64,000 bases of DNA from Eledone cirrhosa (taxonomy: Eukaryota): positions 5,332,001-5,396,000 of the forward strand of contig OZ024752.1 in the NCBI GenBank assembly GCA_964016885.1, written 5' to 3'. The notes under the pieces were generated by a model. That model worked only from the letters and a program-made list of their open reading frames with translations, had not been told where the DNA came from and ran no database searches. Positions 57,969 through 64,000 of the stretch are shown here, one piece after another. Each line of letters begins with the position of its first letter. Within the stretch, counting starts at the first letter, position 1. The position numbers and the translations under genes are program-made.

Positions 57969-58806
57969 TATTTCCTTGGGTTGTGAGAGATGTATCACTT
58001 TTGTCACACCAAATACCTTGTTGTTGTTTCATAACAACAAGGCCACTGGCCCTGACATGTATGATATAAAGTAGAAGGAAACTGTGCTTGAAAGGACCCA
58101 TACAGCCCATGAAAGCATGAAAAAATACATGTAAAAAGGTGATAATGATATATATATAAACCACATTTAATTTGACTAAAATTATGTAATCTAAATAAAC
58201 TCTGAAATATTGATAATTTTCTCACTGAATTTGATTATTTTTTAATTAAAATATTAAATATTAAGTATTTTTAAAAATCAAAAATATATGTTCTATTATC
58301 TTCTAACATATCAGAACCATCTGCTGTCCATCTTTCTTCATTCTAGCTATTAACAATTTACTGGTAAGAACATCAACAACCATTTACTTCAGCTTCTTGT
58401 CTTTTTTCTTCTTCTTCTTCAATGCTTCCATTAATTTAATCATATTTTCTGGATCCATCTCCTTGACTTCCATTTTTTATAATACATAATATATTTATTT
58501 TGTCATTTGATAGGATCCATTACTAATTTTTCTTGAGAAGAGATGATGTGGCAGATTCAAAGAAGAGAAAGCGAGAATGATTATGTAAGAGTATTAGAAT
58601 AGGTTCTAAAGAAAGGTTGAAAGTTATGAAGTTAAAGCAAAGTTACAAAGTAATATACTTTCATATGACAATGTGATGGGCAAGTATACTTACGTGACTG
58701 AGTGAATTAGAAATAAATATTTATAAAATTAAATTATTATTCAACAAAAAAAAAAAATGGGGAAAACAAAAGTTATAAGATAAATAAGTCTTTAAATAAT
58801 ACCTAC

Positions 58807-58838
58807 TTCCAAATAATCAATCGAATCATAGGTGTCAT
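58807..58838 (-). CDS. Putative 32-bp internal exon (MTPMIRLIIWK) of the same gene
   Basis: atttttattcttacaatttcag acceptor, gtaggt donor; AA+G joins in frame to 56538. Confidence 0.55.
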
Positions 58839-59102
58839 CTGAAATTGTAAGAATAAAAATATATATTATTGTATATTTTCTGAATTTCTTTTGAATATTG
58901 AAATTCCTTCAATGCGAAAATAATTAAATTTATGACTCAAAGTTAATAATATTATTTTTAATTTTAAGGGGCTTCTTAAAAAATAAAGTTGTTTGCAAGA
59001 CAAATACATTCTAATCCTGAAGCACATATATGTTCCTCTTAAACAATATTTACATGTATGGTATCGAGATGCAATAAATTGTATTTTCTATTCTAAAGTA
59101 TG

Positions 59103-59133
<31 letters not shown>

Positions 59134-59293
59134 GAATGTGTGTGTGTATGTGTGTGTGTGTGTATGTGTGTTCTAAATAGAGAAAGAGTGAGGAGGGGTT
59201 GAGGTGAATGGAGAGCGACAAATAGACAAAAATAGTTTCCAAGCCTAAAGAAGAAATCAGTTTGGTTATTCTTCCTCTTATTATTATTATTAG

Positions 59294-59460
59294 TGGTTTG
59301 GCAGGATTGGTAGAGCATCAGACACCGTATTTTGCGGTATAGAGTTATGGCCCTTTACGTTCTGAGTTCAAATCCCGTCGAGGTTAACTTTGCCTTTCAT
59401 CCTTACAGGATGAATGGCACTGGGTAATTGCTGGCCTCGTGCCAAAAGTAGAAACAATTA
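59294..59460 (+). mobile_element. SINE (Meta-like), internally deleted
   Basis: ctgagttcaaatcccgtcgaggttaactttgcctttcatcc. Confidence 0.78.
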
Positions 59461-59912
59461 TTATTATTATCATCATCTACTTCTTTTTCTTCTTTTTCAC
59501 CCACATATTCCTGGGATGGTCATGGGAGCAAAGTCCTAAAGCATGCCTTTCATACTATTGGCATGCAGTTAGAATATCTCAAGAAAGAAACGCTGGACAG
59601 ATTTTATGGGCAAAACCAACCTTCTTCTTTGCTCACATATTTCTGAGAGAGTCATGGGGGAAGAGTTCTTAAACACTCCTTCGGGTGAGTCTGGTCAGAA
59701 ACAAGCATTTCCAACAAATCTGGCTGGATCTCCAAGCACCACCCACTATGTTCATGCATTTTATCCAACCATCTCACCCGGGGTCTACTCTGGATCTTGT
59801 GCTGGTTGGTTTTGCCTATAAAATATGTCCAGCAATTCTTTCTTGAGACATTCTAACATGCCCAAAGTTTTGAAGCTGTGATCTCTCAATCTAGAGAAAT
59901 AACAGCTCTACC

Positions 59913-60702
59913 TGTAGTGCCTCTCTGATCTCTGAGCTATGCATTCTATTAAGTAACATTACTCAAAAGACCTTTCAGAGGAACCACATTTCGGCCCCCT
60001 GTTTTCACAATCGTATTCTTTCTCAGCAGAGCTGTTCTCCTAGAGAACGGGACCACAGGTAGCAGATGGCGATAAGGTCACCAGATACAATGGTTAGTTG
60101 CAATATAATCTAGTAGCTGCCAGATGTACGAGCAAACCCAGACAAAGAGCGGTACATTACGAGGGGATATGAAGCAATGGCTGACACCTGTAGCTCACAA
60201 GAAAACTGTCACAACCCTGTGATGTAGATATGATGAGGTGAGTAAAGACCACCTCTAAAAAAGACTAGTCTTGACGGGTTTGAGAAAATACCAGATTATT
60301 GACTGGCCTGAACAAAACTGTAGTAAGACGCCTCACGCCTCCTGGCGGATAATGGAACAACCCTAGTTGTCTCCCCCTGGTGGAGAACACCAGAGGTAAA
60401 CAGAGACAGCCACTGAAAAGCAGACGGAACACACGCCACAGAAAACAACCTCTGCACCACGAAACGATAAACAGCCAAGGGAACAGCAAACAGCAAACCC
60501 CACAATACCTTTGTAATTGTAATACGCTCCTTTCACCACAACTGACCGCGTCTATATTTGGTATGTTCTATTTGTAATATAATAAACACATATAAACAAA
60601 ATAAACATCACCATTATTTACAATTGTTGAATATAACTCTCGTTGTGGTTATTGTCTTGTTTACGCACACACCCACTCACTTTGTTATAATTCTCACTTA
60701 CA
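59913..60702 (+). mobile_element. Probable 5' LTR of the Gypsy element
   Basis: tgtagtg...cacttaca termini, AATAAA at 60581, TGG-starting PBS-like sequence at 60707; second LTR not in window, so the start is uncertain. Confidence 0.6.
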
Positions 60703-61447
60703 AAAATGGTAAATAGACGAGGGACCTTCCCTCACGTCTATGTCGATAAACAATCCAACTAGGATACATTCATTTTACCACACTGCTGACCGACGTAAGA
60801 ATTTTATGCAGCCTTTTTATTCAGTTGAACTTCACTGTTATTGCCACGTTGCCAACCTTTTCGCAACTTACGAAAATACAAAAAAAAAGACAGAGAAATA
60901 ATAAAGTGTTTATACCGTATTGACAAGGTATACAAACCAGCCAAAAAAATTTTCCAAGATGGCGTTGCTTTCCTTCCTCGTTTTGTAATTTTCCGCCAGC
61001 ACAGGGACATTTTGGAATTGCGTGTGTGTTCCATATTTGATCAAGGGAAAGAAAAAAACTTTTTCGTGAACATTACTGCCCCGCAGGGGATATACATGCC
61101 TTACTTTTTTCTAAGGGATTTTTAGCCACAGGCTACCTATTGTTGATATCCAACGTGGATATATTCTAAAACAAACATTTTTTTTTTCTCTTTTTCACGG
61201 GTTATTTGATTTGGCTGGCTCGTTGAAGCAACACAAGGGGACAGACGATGATGAAAAAAATTTTTTTTTTTAAATATTTATATGTATTTTATGTATTTTT
61301 CCTATTTCCTAATGTTTTGAATGTGTTTCTTTTTGACCTTTCATTTTTTTTCCATTTTGGGTGTTTGCTTTTCCCTGTGCGAGGGTACATTAATTGCTGT
61401 TTATATATATATATATATATATATTTTTTAATTTTAAACGTTTCAAA

Positions 61448-62224
61448 ATGAATACTCCACATTTGCCCGCCTTTACCGGAAACCCTAAGCTGTGGGTGGC
61501 CCAGCTACAGGCGTATTTTACGTTCTGTAAGACCGAGTCTGACCAGTGCCTCGCTGTCTTGATTAGCGGACTTCCCCCTAATCTAGCAGATTCGGTCCAA
61601 GACCTAATTACAGACGCCCCCTCTGACTTAACGTATGAGTCTTTGAAAGGCGAGATTTTGAGAAGGAACTGTAAGTCGGTAGAGAGTCGTTTTCGGTCAT
61701 TGATCGAGGACGAACGATTAGGTGACAGGGCCCCTACCGCTTTTCTCCGGTATTTGCGGGAATTGAGCGATTCCCAAGATCAGGATAGCCCTTTCCTGAA
61801 GCAATTGTTCTTCTCTCGCCTACCTCAAGAGGTACAGGCGATCCTAGCCCATATGCTAGAGGTAAATACCCTCGACCACATTGCTGTCTCTGCTGACAAA
61901 ATTGTAGAAGTGACGAAGAGAGACACTTCGAAGCCAAAGTACGTTGCTTCCTCTTCTCTTCCTCAATCACGCTCATCAGCGAGTGATGAGAAATTAGTCA
62001 CCACAATGGAAGCCATGACTCGTCAAACGGCGGAGTTGTGCCAGGGATTCAGGTCCTTTGGACGGCAGAGGAGCGGCTCACGATGTTATTCAACTCCTCG
62101 CCACCGTAGCCCTTCCAAAACACCAAAACCACCATATTGTTATTACCATGACAAATATGGTGACAAAGCCGCCCGTTGTAGGCCTCCTTGTGCTTACATG
62201 GGAAACGACGACCAGAGTCACTAA
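61448..62224 (+). CDS. gag: Gag of a Ty3/Gypsy retrotransposon, CsRn1 clade
   Basis: PKLWVAQLQAYF, LGDRAPTAFLR, CYYH-X9-C-X3-C (CHCC) motif. Confidence 0.9.
   Translation: MNTPHLPAFTGNPKLWVAQLQAYFTFCKTESDQCLAVLISGLPPNLADSVQDLITDAPSDLTYESLKGEILRRNCKSVESRFRSLIEDERLGDRAPTAFLRYLRELSDSQDQDSPFLKQLFFSRLPQEVQAILAHMLEVNTLDHIAVSADKIVEVTKRDTSKPKYVASSSLPQSRSSASDEKLVTTMEAMTRQTAELCQGFRSFGRQRSGSRCYSTPRHRSPSKTPKPPYCYYHDKYGDKAARCRPPCAYMGNDDQSH
62200..62206 (+). promoter_or_regulatory. -1 ribosomal frameshift slippery site G GGA AAC
   Basis: X XXY YYZ in the gag frame within the gag/pol overlap; pol is in the -1 frame. Confidence 0.8.
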
Positions 62225-64000
62225 CGGCGGATAGTGTGCTCTGCGAAACATCATCCAACCGCCACTTTTTCAGTGAGGACCTCCTATCAGGTAGAGCCTT
62301 TCTGGTTGACACAGGTGCAGTTTGTTCAATATGGCCTGTGTGTTGTATGAAGGAGACTCCCCCTGAGACACCTATTGAGTTGCAGGCAGTAAATTGTTCG
62401 CCGATTCGAACCTTTGGACAAATCTCGCTACCTTTGCAGTTCCGTAACCTGCGGCGTGAATTTAAATGGATATTTACTGTCGCTGCCTTGCCGTATCCGA
62501 TTCTAGGCGCGGATTTTCTCTACCATTTTTCATTGACGGTGGACCTCCGTCGTAAACGCCTAATTGACGGCATCACTGGTTTAACTGTTGTTGGCAAGGC
62601 AGCAGAAGTTCCAGCGGTTAGCCCCACCTTTTTTCTTGCTAACACCGGTGATACTTACCATGCGTTGTTAAACTCGTTCCCGCAACTGACTTAGGGAAAT
62701 TTTCGAGTTGATGAGCGAACTCATACCACGGAGCACTTCATATCTACAACTGGTGCTCCCGTTTTTTCTCGTCCTCTTCGCTTGCCTCCGGACAAACTCA
62801 AAGCAGCACGATCAGAGTTTGATCATATGCTGCAGTTGGAGATTATTCGTCCATCCATGAGCCCGTGGGCGTCCCCATTACACATGGTACCGAAAGCGAC
62901 TGGCGATTGGAGACCTACTGGAGATTATCGACGCCTAAATTCGATAACGGAACCGGACCGTTATCCTATCCCTCATCTGCAAGACTTTGCGTCTTCGTTG
63001 CAGGGATGCAAGATATTCTCCAAACTGGATTTAATTCGTGCGTACCATCAAATTCCTGTCCATAAAAATGACATTCCAAAAACGGCTATAGTTACGCCAT
63101 TTGGGTCATTTGAGTTTTTGACCATGCCGTTCGGATTAAGGAATGCCGCTAGTACGTTTCAGCGGTTTATGGATGAGGTTATTCGTGGCCTCGATTTCGT
63201 CTATACCTATATTGACGACCTGCTCATTGCTAGTTCTTCTCAAGAGCAACATACACACCATTTGAATCTTCTTTTCTGCCGATTGAAGGCGTATAACGTG
63301 TAGATTAATGCACCCAAATGTGTTTTTGGTGCTGAGTCACTGACTTTCTTGGGTCCCGTCATCGACGCCGACGGTATTCGACCCCGGCCTGAGCGAGTTA
63401 AGGTCATAGAGGATTTGCCTCCACCGACCTCACTACGTCAGTTACGCCAGTTCTTAGGCCTGATTAACTTTTATAGGCGTTTCGTGCCAAATTGTGCAAG
63501 ATTGCTTTTCTCCCTGACAGAAATTTAAAGAAATTGTCGGAAGAGGAACAAAGACATTTCTTTGACCGACACTCAACTTGCTAATTTTCAGCACGCCAAA
63601 ACTGCTTTGGCTAATGCTTCGTTACTGACTCACCCGGTACCCGGTGCAAAGCTAACGCTTTGTGTTGATGCATCGGATATCGCTGTGGGCGCAGTGCTAC
63701 AGCAAAACATCAATGGTTACCAGCAACCGCTGGAGTTTTTTTCCAGAAAGCTGAAACCTGCTGAGACGCGCTACAGCACCTTTGGAAGAGAGCTTTTGGC
63801 CATCTATTTGGCCGTGAAACATTTTTCACATATGCTAGAGGGTAGACTATATACTATCCTCACTGACCATAAACCATTGACTTTTGCGTTGAGAGCGAAG
63901 GTTGATAAATACTCGCCCAGAGAGACGAGACACCTTGATTTCATCTCGCAATATACGAATGATATCCAACACATTCCGGGTTCACTAAATACAGCGGCCG
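62200..64000 (+). pseudogene. pol: Gypsy pol (protease, RT, RNase H) with three in-frame stops; runs off the window
   Basis: [25 protein letters not shown] (63208), VDASD, YSTFGRELLA, TDHKPL; stops at 62692, 63301, 63526. Confidence 0.93.

Noticed and set aside
58290-58480. Charged coding-like stretch on the minus strand (MEVKEMDPENMIKLMEALK)
   Set aside because: Stops in all frames and no recognisable domain; possibly an old TE remnant

Overview
Very AT-rich eukaryotic genomic DNA, most likely an octopus-like cephalopod (inferred from the SINE/RTE repertoire). It is dominated by (TA)n microsatellite blocks and transposable-element debris, and nearly all ORFs in the supplied track are microsatellite or minisatellite artefacts. 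Recognisable content: the 5' half of a CsRn1-clade Gypsy LTR retrotransposon (59.9-64 kb), RTE, CR1 and CRE-like LINE fragments, mariner, Tigger, hAT and piggyBac-type DNA elements, many SINEs, several TE-seeded minisatellites, and two phase-compatible exons of an unidentified minus-strand gene. The most striking signal is a dense set of unrelated Penelope-like (PLE) terminal-repeat fragments inserted in TA runs. Seven distinct sequences fold by eye into type I hammerhead ribozymes (nine copies); three have a CCGANGA rather than CTGANGA core and one has an ~80-nt stem II. Many of these elements are fold-back inverted repeats, in several cases turning around in ribozyme stem II. All folding and translation was done by eye; no database search was run.
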